From: Octopus sinensis
Lineage: Eukaryota
Direction: 5' to 3'
Length of the DNA stretch: 64,000 nucleotides
NCBI RefSeq assembly: GCF_006345805.1
Contig: NW_021831284.1
Location: forward strand, 310,001 to 374,000
Shown: positions 24,158 to 36,505 of the stretch, piece after piece
How positions within the stretch are numbered: position 1 is the stretch's first letter
Layout of the letters: each line of letters starts with the position of its first letter
Program-made: the position numbers and the translations under genes
The notes under the pieces: model-generated
The model's input: only the letters and a program-made list of their open reading frames with translations
The model's database searches: none
What the model was told of the DNA's origin: nothing

Positions 24158-26342
24158 ATGCAGAAGCATGATGAAGTTTATTCGATCACATCGGAATCAA
24201 ATCAAATGACTGAAAATATAAGAAAGATATCGTGTTCATTAGCCAACATTGGTAGCCCTACAAAGCACGTTTATTTAAATTCCTTGCAAAAAAACCCAAA
24301 TAATAACGTAATAAGTCATACAGTATTTGAAAATACATTTTGGGAACTCCAATGGCAATATAATGTTAAAAATTCGATCTTAGTGACAGTCGGGATAAAA
24401 TTGTTCAGCTTTATCAAAACTTGGAAGAATTAAAAGATAGAAACCTTATTATTCTTTTTGAAGAACTTCTGACGTTCCTACTTACCGATTACGACAACAT
24501 TTCCACTGATTTGAAATCAATTAAATTAAAGCACAAAAGGTACATAAAGTATTTTAAATATAAAATAGTGAAATTGAATATCAAGAAAGTTATATCGAGT
24601 CCATGGAAAGTCAATTTCAACGTGAGCTTAAAAATAGGGAAAATGAAGTTAGAAATCACGTTTTAATTTATAATCAATAATTTCTAACAGGAAATCACAG
24701 AGGCAAAAAAACAAATTGATGCAATTAATGATGATTACATGACGAAAATTGATGAGTTAAAACTTTTTATAGAAACCAGCAAAGTAAAAAAAAACTCTTT
24801 CTTTAGAACGAGCTACTAAAAAAACAAAATAATAATAATTTAGGGGATAACAATTTAGAAAACCAGCAACTTAAATCTCAGATTAATGAATTAAAAACTG
24901 AAAATATCTTGTTGAGTTGTGAATTAGCTCATTTCCGAAGTTTAATACAAACATATAAAATTACCGGAGAAAGGTTCTATTTGAAATAAATTATTATTAA
25001 TTCTAAAACTTGTGGTTTCAGGGAATTGAAAAAAATGGCGGAAATTGAATATGCTAATGACGATTTAACCAAACAACTTCAGATTGTTTAGTATAAATAT
25101 TTTAGTAAACACTAATATCAAGTTTAGTACTACAAACAAACGTTTACAAGATATTAATGACGAGCTTCAAAATTTAGTTGACCAAACTAAAGAAAATAAT
25201 TTTGAATTAAACGAATACGTATGTTATATAAATATTACTTTTTAAGAAGACAGTAATAAATTACAAAGATTCTTTAAAATTGAGTCAAGATAATATGTTT
25301 TGCCATTTTCATTACTTTTTAATAGTAAAAACATCCAGGATAATAATGAAATCATAAACATAGAAGGTTCGGCGAAAGATATGGTATCAGAATGTAGAAG
25401 TGATTTCGAATCTATTCCTATTTCTGAACATATTAAAGATAGTTGATTTACTAAAATTAAAATTTTCAGACAATAATATTTTGGTTGTACGAAAGACTGA
25501 TGAAAATGAAAGTGGAGACATCCTGAATACAAATATTAACGTTTAAAATATTTTATCAAAGAGTTAGTATAAACCGAGCGATTTAATAAAAATAAAACAA
25601 CAACGAACGTTTCGCATAGTGATGGCCGGGGACTCCGCAGTCGGAAAAACGAGTTTTGTGATAAAATTATGCCAGCGAAAACTTCCATCAACAATTTCTT
25701 CAACTCTTGGTTGGGTTTATGAAATACAATTGAAGGAATTGATTTTCATTCAATTATGTTGAATATCGACCAACAATCAATAGTTTTGCAAATATGGGAC
25801 ACAGCAGGTCAAGAGAGGTAATTTTTATGTTTTATTTTCAGATTCAAAGGACTAACAAAACCTTATTTCCGAAGAGCTGATTGTATTCTTCTCATGTATG
25901 ATGTGAGTTCAGAGCAATCATTTCTCAGTATACAGTCATGGATGAATTCCATTCGTGTAAATATTCAATTTAATCAGATTGCAGGAGAATATAAAAGACT
26001 CAACCATTGTCATGATCTGTGGAAACAAAACTGATTTAAGAAAACTTAAGAAAAATAATGAAAGCTTTGTAAGTACTAATGATGGGAAAAGACTTGCTAA
26101 AGTTGATATTTTTAATCTCATATTTTAATGAAAGCAAAATAATGCATTATTTATGGAAATCAGTGTCCAGTGTGGAATTAACATCATAGAATCTATAATC
26201 CAAATTACTAAGTGAGTTATATATTACTATTCTTCTTATTAATAGAATATTGTGCCTGAAAGAAGACGTTGAAGTATATGAAGCGGGGTTAAATCTGATA
26301 AACAGACCATTAAATTCTAAAACCCAGAAAAAATGCTGTTAA
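24158..26342 (+). CDS. Large Rab GTPase with coiled-coil N-terminus (RASEF/Rab45 or CRACR2A/Rab46-like); start uncertain
   Basis: Coiled-coil exons, then FRIVMAGDSAVGKTSF, STLG-IDF, LQIWDTAGQERF, YFRRADCILLMYDV, ICGNKTDL and a C-terminal KKCC prenylation motif. Confidence 0.8.
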
Positions 26343-26517
26343 TGATATTAAATTAATAGAAATATAATATTATGAGTTAAAAAATGTTTTCCCTAATTTA
26401 TGACTTATCCTTTTTAAATATTAGAGTTCTATTAGGAAAGTAATCTTTAGTTTGCATAAATAAATGGTTTAGGTAAATATAAATTTTATAAAGGTTTGTT
26501 AAATTAACTTTATTTGA

Positions 26518-27420
26518 TGTCACAGGTTTTATTTTGAACCAGGTTTATTTTGGACCGAGAAAAAAATCAATAATAAAAATTTTATTCCACTAAAAATATA
26601 TTAGTTAATGTTAAATTATCGAATTTCCACCTTCTTTTTCTCTTCATATTTTCTCCAGCTTTTTCTATGTTCTCTAACACTTCTTTCTCATTTCTCTCAT
26701 ATTTTGAGTTTTGTTTTCATCTATGAAATTATCATTTTCTTCTGCATTTTCTCCTCCCTCGAAAGCAATCATGGAATCATTTCTATTTCTAATATGGGTT
26801 CGTTTTTTATTATTCCCATAAAAACATTAAATGGAATGTTTTTCGTTGTGGAATAATGCGTTGTGTTATAATCATATACAATACTTTGAAGAATATTAAA
26901 ATATTCCCCAAATCTCCCATTGGAATTGCTTGTTGAAGATATCCATCTTTTGATTGATTTATTAAATCTTTATATAAAAAATTAGTTACCTTTCTACTTG
27001 TCCTTGAATTTAATTTTTTTGTCTCGATTAAATTTAAATTGGGAAGTAATTTCAGTACCAAAGGAACAATGTTACTTCGGAATGAAAAGTGCGAGTTACA
27101 AAACCTATGATTTTAGGATATCATTGTTTAATGCATGATTTTCGCTATTAAAAGAGTATCTAATTTCACTTTTTATACGGGGAATACCTGAAAATTCTGG
27201 GAGACCTTGCAAAGTACTGGGTGCATGAAAGATAGTTTAAGTGCAATATAATCATACTCGTATAATCAGAGTCTACTTTTAAATATTCGGAAACTAAATA
27301 TAACATTTGGAGACTTCCTATTTCAAAGAAAATGTTTTATGAAATATTTAAAGTACAATTATTAAACTTTATCTGAAATAGGCGATTGATAGAGTTTTAT
27401 TTTGTATTATATATTCCGTA
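26518..27420 (-). mobile_element. Decayed Ginger/KRBA2-like integrase element
   Basis: Left end TGTCAC at 26518, the same terminal hexamer as the element ending at 701. Fragments SGIPRIK and TTHYSTTKNIPFNVFMG (end of integrase core). Many stop codons. Confidence 0.45.
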
Positions 27421-27717
27421 GGGACACAAACAGAAAAGAGTTATATTCCTACACGTGCCACACAGGACACGACCTTCTGTATCAACGATTTCCAGCTTCC
27501 GCTTCCGCGGTTATTTTGTAATAATAAAAACATCTTAATTTTTTAATTAAAAAACTAATTATAAAATTTTTAACGAATACAAAACAGACTTAAAACAATT
27601 TTTAGTTTCCGCATTTTTTAAAAGTGGAAACAAAAAAATATAAATTTCCATTTTAAGGATTTTTTGACGAAAAAGTCTTAATTTAAAATAAAAAACGGTA
27701 CTAAATATCATTTAACA

Positions 27718-29027
27718 ATGGACCATACAGAAGAAGTCAAAAGTATAATAGCAAATAGCTTTGACCTTGTTTGGCAAAATATCAATGATCAATTTCAATC
27801 TTTATCCAAAGTAGTCAGCAATGTATTTACATCGAGTTTTAAATAGTTCAATTTAGAATATTGCCGTTTTGTGTGACAAAAATGAAATTCCAGATAATTT
27901 TAACAATGAAAAGGCGGAGAATCAGATTATTCTAGGACATTCTTTCATCACTGAAGCCATACATAAACCATTTATTGGTATTTCCCAAATATCATTCGGA
28001 GAACCATATGAAAATTCGTCAAATAAAGATTTATACGACAAATATTCAAGTTTTAACAGTGTATTCTAAAACTACAGATGTATCACAATCATCAGTTTTT
28101 GAACCGACAAATAAATCTATTAATTTGCAAAATAATATCATTTCTACGCCTAATGAATCTGATATTGAGACTGGAGATTCTGCAGAAGACGAGGAAAGAA
28201 GTTATTTATATATTTCTATAATATAATAGAGCTTGTAACGTGTGTATATGATAAAATCGCCAACGCAAAAATATATTCACATCCTAATGTTAAAGGAAAG
28301 ATCAGTAAGCAATAGACTAATGATATGATAATAGTTGTACCTGAACCTGCGCCTCCTGGGGTTCGCAGGTCGTCAAGGATAAAAATATGTGGCCGCGATC
28401 ATGTTATTGGAGAAAGAATTATCTATGATAAGAAATCGAGAAATATCATCAAAGGAATAGAAATAAACAAATCACAATGTATTATCTATATCAAATATTT
28501 CATAGATAAATCAAAATTAACCAAAAAATCCAACCGAAGACAAATTCGACAAGATTTTACAATTTGTCAGAAAACAGGCGTCAAAAAAGGTAGTTTTATT
28601 TATATAATGAAATAGACTGCATTGGATTAGTAAATGCCACTGTTTACGACCATGGAAATTATTTCACGGAAACAAGATATCAAAATTTAGAAAATGAAAA
28701 TGGAAATCAAACAAAATTACAATGCGGTGAAATAACGTTGAAATCCAAATCTCTAAAACCAATGACTTTTCTGCAAAATTCCAAAATAGTATTATTACAA
28801 GCAATATTAAATTTAGATTTTTACTGTACGTAGCGGACTAATTAGCGTGGTGATAAATAACTCTTCTGAACGTAGATTAAAATGTGGAGACTATTTTATT
28901 GTTCCCAGAAGTTTGAATTTATAAATTGAAATAAATTTTAGAAAATTGGTATTCAATAAAAAACATGAAGAACTATCCTGCTAAAATATATTTCATAATC
29001 ATTGAGGATGAAATATTAAATCTTTAG
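27718..29027 (+). CDS. CENPC: Centromere protein C (compact, multi-exon)
   Basis: CENP-C motif-like GVRRSSRIKICGRDHVIGERIIY (28358-28426) and C-terminal cupin FTVRSGLISVVIN..LKCGDYFIVP..YSIKNMKNYPAKIYF. Stop at 29025-29027. Confidence 0.8.
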
Positions 29028-29129
29028 TTCTATGATTAATAGTTACTAAAATTAATTCGTTTTCTAACTTAAAAATCGTTTTTTATTTGTTTTTTTCCAA
29101 TAAGGCAAATTACTCCCTAAGAAGTGCAG

Positions 29130-31090
29130 GAATTCTGCGGGTCATTAATTCGTAGAAACCACATATGGCCACCGTCGCAGAATTTTTATTTCAAAAATAA
29201 AATATTCAAAATGTAAATAAATTATCAGTATCAAACCTGATGAAAGTCAAACGTGCATATTGGCCGGAAAAAATCGCAAAAAGCCCTTACATTTTATTTT
29301 GTTCCAATATCTCATGAATACTGAAGTTGATGTTAGTGAATCTAATTGCTAGCAAGTCCATAGAAACAACGCGCCTTGTAATTTTTCTTAGTTATTTACT
29401 TTATGACATTCTTATTTTTTGATCTAAGAACGGTTGATTCGTTTATCAATATAATTTATTTTACAGCTAAATATCGAGTTCAGTTAAAAATTTCGAGTTT
29501 GTCATTTTTACTAAAGAACTGGCTAATCTTCTTTCATTCAAAAAAGAGGGAACGATAGATGGCTGTAACATATGACAAGACTCGAGAGAGTCATCTTGGC
29601 TCTTGGAATGTTTGTCAATCGCTGTGATCCGAGAGAATGGCCTTGCTATTTGCAATGCTAATAAAGCGTCTCGTAAAGTCTAAATAATTTAACTTTCTCG
29701 TGTGTCTTACAACTTTAATAAATTATTCATATTATTATTTATAATGATTAGCCACATGATACATGTCAATCTTAGTTAAAATCTGAAAACGTACCTAATC
29801 TTAAAATTGAGAAATTGTATATTATAGTTTTTTAATTTCACTAATTTTTTTTAATTTTATAAACCTGAAGCGCATGAGGTTTAAATTTGAACGGAACAAG
29901 AATTCCGAAGACAAAAACTCAGGAAATACTCGGTGTGACTCTTCTCTAAGCATATTAACAATCTGCTTTAACAATATACATTATATACGAGCAATATGTC
30001 GAGCTTTCCATTGGTTATGCATGTGGTGCCTGGGATGATATCTGTTCTCAACAAATCTGTAAAGATCTCGAAACTACAGCTGAAGGCTGCAAAGTCTATC
30101 TCCAGTTTTACTGAACGGCTTATAAAGCCACCTGCTTTCAAAACGCTTGTAAGGGCGACGGGCTCTTTTTTCCACGTTAAAACATATTGGCAACAGCCGA
30201 GACCCTTGCATCCTCCCTGCCTGAACACAGAAAGAAGTTGCGTAATTTAATTTGGGATGTCGGGATCACCTAACCGATTTTGTTCTGGCTTTGACGGTGT
30301 TCTTGTTTTAAATAATAATGAGTTATTGTAATGATTGAGAATATTCAGCATTAATTTGACATTTCTTTTAAAGCCTTGTCATTCGTCAATTATAATAATG
30401 ATATCGGAATTTCAAAATTGTTTTTCTGACATTTCCAAATCAAATCATTGTATTTTTGCATTGTTGTGGCACAATCTTTCCTAGCAACACAACTTTCTTA
30501 ACGCATATTAAACAATGTTATCTTTAATTCTGATCAAAATTATAACAGATAAACAATAATTACAAAAGGTCAACTTGTATTTACTCCAGACACGCTCAAA
30601 TAAATTTGTCGATATTTCGTTTCTCTAATTATCACGGATTTTCAATTAGATATAGGAAAAAAGTATTAATTATCACAGCTTCATCAAAAATTTAATTGAA
30701 CTACGAAATCTTATTATATTTTAAATCGCAAAAATAAAAATTTACACGAATATCTATATTTTTCCAGCACTTCAAATTAATTGAATTTTTCTTCCAAGAT
30801 TTAAGCTCAATTAACGCATTTTTTATATTTCAGATTATGGTAATGAAATATAAATCGTATCAATTCTTTATTTATGAATTCAATGAATAACATTAAAATA
30901 TTTTTTCAGAACCAGATGTATTTTTATATTGCATTTAAGTGGAATGTAAATTTTTAATTTTAAATTCCCTCCTATTGTTTGATGACATAGTAGTGATGCT
31001 TGAGGGGACAGGTGAGAGTATAATTGTGCTTTCTTAAATGTCAGGTGTTTGCTTATGTCAATGTCACTCACATTATTCACAATCAATTCA
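29130..31090 (-). CDS. Unidentified multi-exon protein-coding gene (boundaries approximate)
   Basis: A run of exon-like open segments (31086-30880, 30228-29968, 29655-29467) separated by short GT-AG AT-rich spacers, head-to-head with the NR2E gene. No family recognised. Confidence 0.4.
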
Positions 31091-31276
31091 TTTAAAATGC
31101 TTAAATAGTCGTTAAAGTGTTACTTAAATGTTCCCGGATTTGACAGTTAACTTTAAAAATCTATATACGTTAAAATCGGAAATTTTATATCCTAATTGGA
31201 TATTTAGATAAGCTGATAGGTTAGAAAAGGCTTTTCTAGTTATATTTAAATTGTATTTTCAGTCTATTAATTTAGG

Positions 31277-32473
31277 ATGGCAACTCAAATAAATAATCAC
31301 AGAGTTGCAATAATGAACGACCATTTTCAATCATCAAACGAAAGCTCAAAAGAATCTTCGAAAGAAAGACTATTATTTGATATAAGGTGCGGTGTTTGTG
31401 GTGACTATTCATCTGGAAAACATTATGGAATTTATACTTGTGACGGGTACTCAATGCTATATTTATTTTTTAGATGCGCAGGATTTTTCAAGCGAACAAT
31501 TCGGAGAAAACAAAATTATATTTGCAAATCATTGAGTGGGAAATGTCTAATGACACGAGAAAGCCGAAATCAGTGTAGATCTTGTCGTTTAGATCGGTGT
31601 TTATTTGCAGGAATGAATAAAAATGGTTATATTTTAAATAACATTTTAAGCTGTCCAAAATGAAAGGGGTCCAAGAAATGTACGGAAAATTAGTAATTCA
31701 AAGCCAAATCTTTACAATCCAATTCCGAATAATTTTCAATCAAATATTTCAGAAAACATTTTTTATCAAAATATGAATTTTAAAATTGACCCCGGATTAA
31801 ATGATGTAATAAAAAAATATATAGTTTTAGTTTAAAGAAAATAATGACTATTCAATGAAGAGTGAAACAAATTTTTTCTATTTGAGTTTTTTAATCCGTT
31901 TAAGATGGACAATGCTTACTCCACTTTTTATGGATCAAGAGCCATCAGATCAATTTTTACTACTCAGACATGGACTTGTTGATATACTAATTATCACTGC
32001 TGTAAAACTAAAAACGAGAATTAATTCATTTTTTGATTTTAAAAGTAATCAATTCCATAAATATTTATTAGATATTGATGATAACGATAGAAGAGCAATT
32101 GAAGACATAAATTCTACTATTAGCACTTTCTTGGAAATGGATCTAAATGATTTAGAATTAGAATATATATTTGCTATTTTTTTCTTTAAATCAGGTAATG
32201 AAAGATTTTTGTGATATTTTAGAAATTGCCATTTCGGATGAAATTCGATTCAAACTATTGAATTATGATAAAAATGAAAATACACTGAAAGCAATTGCTA
32301 CAAAATTTGAAAATTATTTAACAACAAATTCCGAGAATGGAAAGACACGTTATTTATATATTATGGAATGCATAATGAACCAAAATAATAAGCATCAACA
32401 AAGATTTGAAAACAATGCCTTTTTAGTTAAATGTTTGTCGGAAAATCATTTTGGAACCTATTATAATATTTAA
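31277..32473 (+). CDS. Nuclear receptor of the NR2E (tailless/TLX) group
   Basis: After splicing: [64 protein letters not shown] (tailless-type P-box CDGCAG and T-box), followed by a very divergent LBD. Confidence 0.88.
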
Positions 32474-32739
32474 ATAAATATAATTTTGCTTTAATTTCTA
32501 TTAATTTTAAAATTATTTTCACTATTCAGCTGTATCATAATTAAAATAAAGCTTTGTTTTTTCAAAAAACAAATTGCGATCCTGGACTAAACAACATAAT
32601 GCCTTTCCCCTGGACTATAGTTAATATTAGTCAGCCATTCGTAAAACTTTCTAATATCAACATTTGGCTCTGACTGTATTTAAAGAGAATTTAATTATGC
32701 GCTTTTAATATAATAACACGTCTTTTTCTCCTCACACGC

Positions 32740-33183
32740 AGACAACCTCCTTCGCAAATGCGAAAAAAATGAACATCCTCCGAACTCTATCTGGTATATG
32801 AAAAACGGGTCGCACCCAGTACTGGCAAATATCTACCGCTAGTACTTTGAACCATCTATCGCCTACGCCTGCAGATCTTGGGGTCCGCGGTTATCGTGGT
32901 CCAACAGGAGGCGAATCAAGGAGGCCCAACAAAGGGCCCTCAGATTAACCGATCGTTGGTTGCATGATAGCGAACGCCCCGGTCCAGCTTCTCTGGAAGA
33001 CCTTATCAAGCTGAATCTCGGTCCGTCAGCAAATGCTCCGTCGAAAACGGCCTGCCGCCCGGTGCGATCTTGTATGGGCTCGTGGAAAGATCACCGAGCG
33101 AAGATGAGGTCCCTGGTCGAGTGCATCGGGATCAGGTGACATTTGTTTGATCTTATCGTGGTCTTGGCGGTTAAATAAATAAA
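32740..33183 (+). mobile_element. 3' fragment of a LINE (RT C-terminus plus 3' UTR)
   Basis: YFEPSIAYACRSWGPRLSWSNRRRIKEAQQRALRL, then a GC-rich 3' UTR ending in TAAATAAATAAA. Confidence 0.6.
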
Positions 33184-33255
33184 CATGTGAATGATTTGAT
33201 AAAGAGATATATTTTTACATTTTAATTTAGAGTTATAAATAAAAATAAAAAAAAA

Positions 33256-33336
33256 GCTGCGATGGCCGAGTGGTTAAGGCGACGGATTCGAAATCCGTTG
33301 GGGTAACCCGCGCAGGTTCGAATCCTGCTCGCAGCG
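33256..33336 (+). tRNA. tRNA-Ser (anticodon CGA)
   Basis: Full cloverleaf: acceptor GCTGCGA/TCGCAGC, D arm GCC..GGC, anticodon stem ACGGA/TCCGT with loop TTCGAAA, long variable arm, T arm GCAGG-TTCGAAT-CCTGC, G discriminator and a downstream T-run. Confidence 0.97.
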
Positions 33337-33559
33337 ATTTTTATTTTTTCTCAGATTAACAATTAAAACACCCGCAACCACCTCCTTGTATGATTAAAAA
33401 TTTTCCATGATGTTGGTGGCAGAGTGCAGGAGCAAAATTGTTGCTTTCAAAAACTTTTTTATACATCGAACTCGTGTTTTTTCTTTCCGGATAAATAAAA
33501 AAATCCAGGACCCGCCAGAAAGAACCTATTACGTAGCTTGCAGATAAACATAAATAGGA

Positions 33560-34800
33560 TCGCTCTCCTGAACTTTATTCTTTTATGAAGAAGTACAATG
33601 TGCACGTTGCTTTTGTGCAAGAAACGAAGCTTTTATTTGAAAACCGTCTGCCCAATTCTTCAGGTTACAAATATATCTGTCGATACAGACTGGACTCTGT
33701 AAATTGTGGCGACCTCTTAACTCTTATCAAAAAATCAATCCTGTTCACTAACTTTACACTACAAGAATACTCGCTAATCTTTAGAATGGTTTAAAATCTG
33801 ACATTGACATACACGCCGCTGTTACACTAACTACAAAAGAGCTTTTTGGGACGAGTCCTCTATCGAACAGAGAAATTTAGATAAACAAATCACCGCTACC
33901 ATAAATATCCACGCAAACTCCAAATAACTCAATTTATTGCCTCAATTACAGATCAAACAGCTCCAACATTTGGAAGATCCTAAATGACATGAATGCCGTG
34001 ATGTATGAAAAGTCAAATTCCTACAAATGTGTTACCTCTCATTCAAATACTTCACTCAATCCGGTTTGTCGGGCAAATATTCTAATGAAACATTACACTT
34101 CATTAAGTCATAAAATATCTAACAAAAATGATCGGGATGTTGAGAAATCTCGAAGATTATCATTCACGGAGTCAATACTGATTTGCACCGCAGATGAAAT
34201 TTCACAATGTATTAAAAACTCGAAAAACTCATCCGCCACGGGTCTTAACAACATTTTAATCTACCACCTTAAAAGACTTGGCCTTAACGCTATCGAGACT
34301 GTCTTATAAAACGACATTATTATTGCTTAAAACACAAAGACTACAAACCCGCCTCGTTCAAAATTCAACAACAACTATACTCAGTTGAAAATTCGCTCGA
34401 GGCTTCGTCCTCCAAGTTTTCCTTCCAACAGAAGACAATAAAACATACATCCCAACCAATCTCTCTTTGATTCTGACCTTCCGTTAACGAAAAACCCCAA
34501 CGGAAACCCTCGGACTTACCTTTGACCCAACCATGTCCTTCAACATGTTGAACAAGACAAAAATTCTAAATACAATAAGTAGTCGCATTACTGATGCTTA
34601 GAAACTACTCCTCAAAAGGGTCTACAAACAACACACTTGCCCCGTACTAAGTTACGCGAATCCGAGCTGGCCTACCTGTTTATCTACAAGCTCCATTGGG
34701 GACCATAATCAGCACAAAACAAAGCTATGCGTAAAATATCCGGGTGCCTGAAATCAACACCCATCCACAACCAGCACCTTAAACTAATTTTCTCCCAATA
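33560..34800 (+). mobile_element. Decayed Jockey-like LINE (APE and RT fragments)
   Basis: APE fragment VAFVQETKL..SGY..R..GDLLTLIKK; RT fragments TADEISQCIKNSKNSSATGLNNI..HLK, TLGLTFDPTMSF, PVLSYANPSW. Internally deleted. Confidence 0.7.
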
Positions 34801-34960
34801 CCTAATTAGTGATGTATATAATTACATATTTTGAGAGATTTAGAAAGAGTGTTACTTGGACTAACTTTTCAAAATAAATAAGCAAAACTGATGTTAAAGT
34901 ATTTTTGTTTATCAAAGACAATTTTGTTTAAATATTGAACAATTAAAATAATTACGGACA

Positions 34961-35790
34961 ATGCCTAAGATGACTGCCTACTTTGACAGTTGGAGCGCAA
35001 ACGAATCGAAGTTGCCGTCGGACTTCTTACAGAAGAGTTATGACAAGATTGTGTGCGAAGGTCGGTTCGAGAGTCTCCTAAAGACATCGAATCAACACCG
35101 TAGAGCATGCTTGCTTGCCGGGAGGTCCACGGGGAGTGGAGAATGGTTGGAAGCCTTCCCGATCGGAAGCTTGGGGACTCTCTTGGATTCTGACACACTG
35201 CGAGTTGGTATCTGTCTACGTATCGGTCTCAAAGTTTGTGAACCACACAAATGCCGCTGTGGTGCATTGATTAATCAATTTGGACTTCACCCTCTTTCCT
35301 GTCGAAAAATCGCTGGTAGATTCCTGAGGCATTCAGCTCTCAACGACGTTATAAGAAGAGCTCTCGATTCAATCGGATTCCCATCAGTGCTGGAATCACC
35401 TGGATTGAACCGAAATGATGGAAAACGCCCAGACGGGATGACTATCTTTCCGTTTTTGAAAGGAAAGCCTCTCGTATGGGATTCAACATGTTCCGACTCC
35501 TTGTCCAAGACAAACATGTTGGAAAGTGCCTGCAATGCCGGCACAGCTGCGGATAAAGCAGAGAAAATCAAGAAGAAGAAATATGATGGGCTCACCGATC
35601 GTTAGGTTTCCGGCCGGTTGCTGTCGAAACCCTGGGATCGATTGGGAAAGAGTCGTTGTGCTTCCTCAAGTGTATTGGACGTCTCAAGACCTTGAGAACA
35701 CACAACCCTCTGTAGACGAGATGGCTCCTCCAGAACGTGTCCCAAGCAATAGTGAGGGGAAACAGGATCGCCATCAGTTTTTCTTCTTAT
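34961..35790 (+). mobile_element. 5'-truncated CRE-like non-LTR retrotransposon (RLE end)
   Basis: SGEWLEAFP..LGT, CRCG..HPLSC..RHSALND (CCHC), KRPDG..WDSTC and AIVRGN motifs. Confidence 0.88.
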
Positions 35791-35885
35791 TGACCTTAGT
35801 TAACAGTTTGTGATATTACGGACAAAGTATAATATAAGAAAAAGTAGTCAAAAATAAAATATATTTATTCACGGCATAAATATGA

Positions 35886-36389
35886 CTATTCAATGTCATT
35901 ATCAACTCCTCGCCAACGTTTCATGTAATTCCGACAATCAAAATTGGGTTTCCCGAGTATTTGATTCATGTAGTTGTGGAAATCGCACATCCAACGACAA
36001 AGGGAGGAATTACTTTCGACTTTTGGAGGCTTATTTTGTACACTAATAAATAAAACAATATTTATTTACTAATCAATGAATTCTGGCCGACAATGTAAAC
36101 ATGGATAGATTTGAGAAAGTGAGGTCAAAAAAACATTAAAATTTTTCTTAGTTTCTATAGATGGGTTGTCTGGATAATATGCGCTAATGGTGTGTAGCAA
36201 TGTCCATGTAGAACGTCCTAATTCTGCTCTATCGGGAGGTTGTTCTTCTTGACTGTTTGAACTCTTTGAATTTGTCTAAAAAGTAAAATATTTTTGTACA
36301 AATATTACTTGAAATTTTGAGAATTCTGAATATTCGTCGCAAATTGGTTCTTTACAGTTATTTTTATTAAAAATAAATTCACGTGTCAT
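35886..36389 (-). CDS. GFER: Erv1/ALR FAD-linked sulfhydryl oxidase
   Basis: Not in the supplied ORF track. Spliced translation: PPDRAELGRSTWTLLHTISAYYP..YPCLHC..WMCDFHNYMNQILGKPNFDC..RWR. Stop at 35886-35888. Confidence 0.93.
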
Positions 36390-36505
36390 ATCACTTTAAG
36401 TAGGTTTAACACACCACGTCAAAAAATAGAATAAAATTTATTTAAAATCTATAATGTGATTTTTACTTAAGATAATATGTAAAAAAATCAATTACTACTT
36501 AATTA

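Noticed and set aside
26608-26856. Hydrophobic 82-aa ORF resembling a membrane protein
   Set aside because: Antisense of the purine-rich 3' part of the decayed integrase element.
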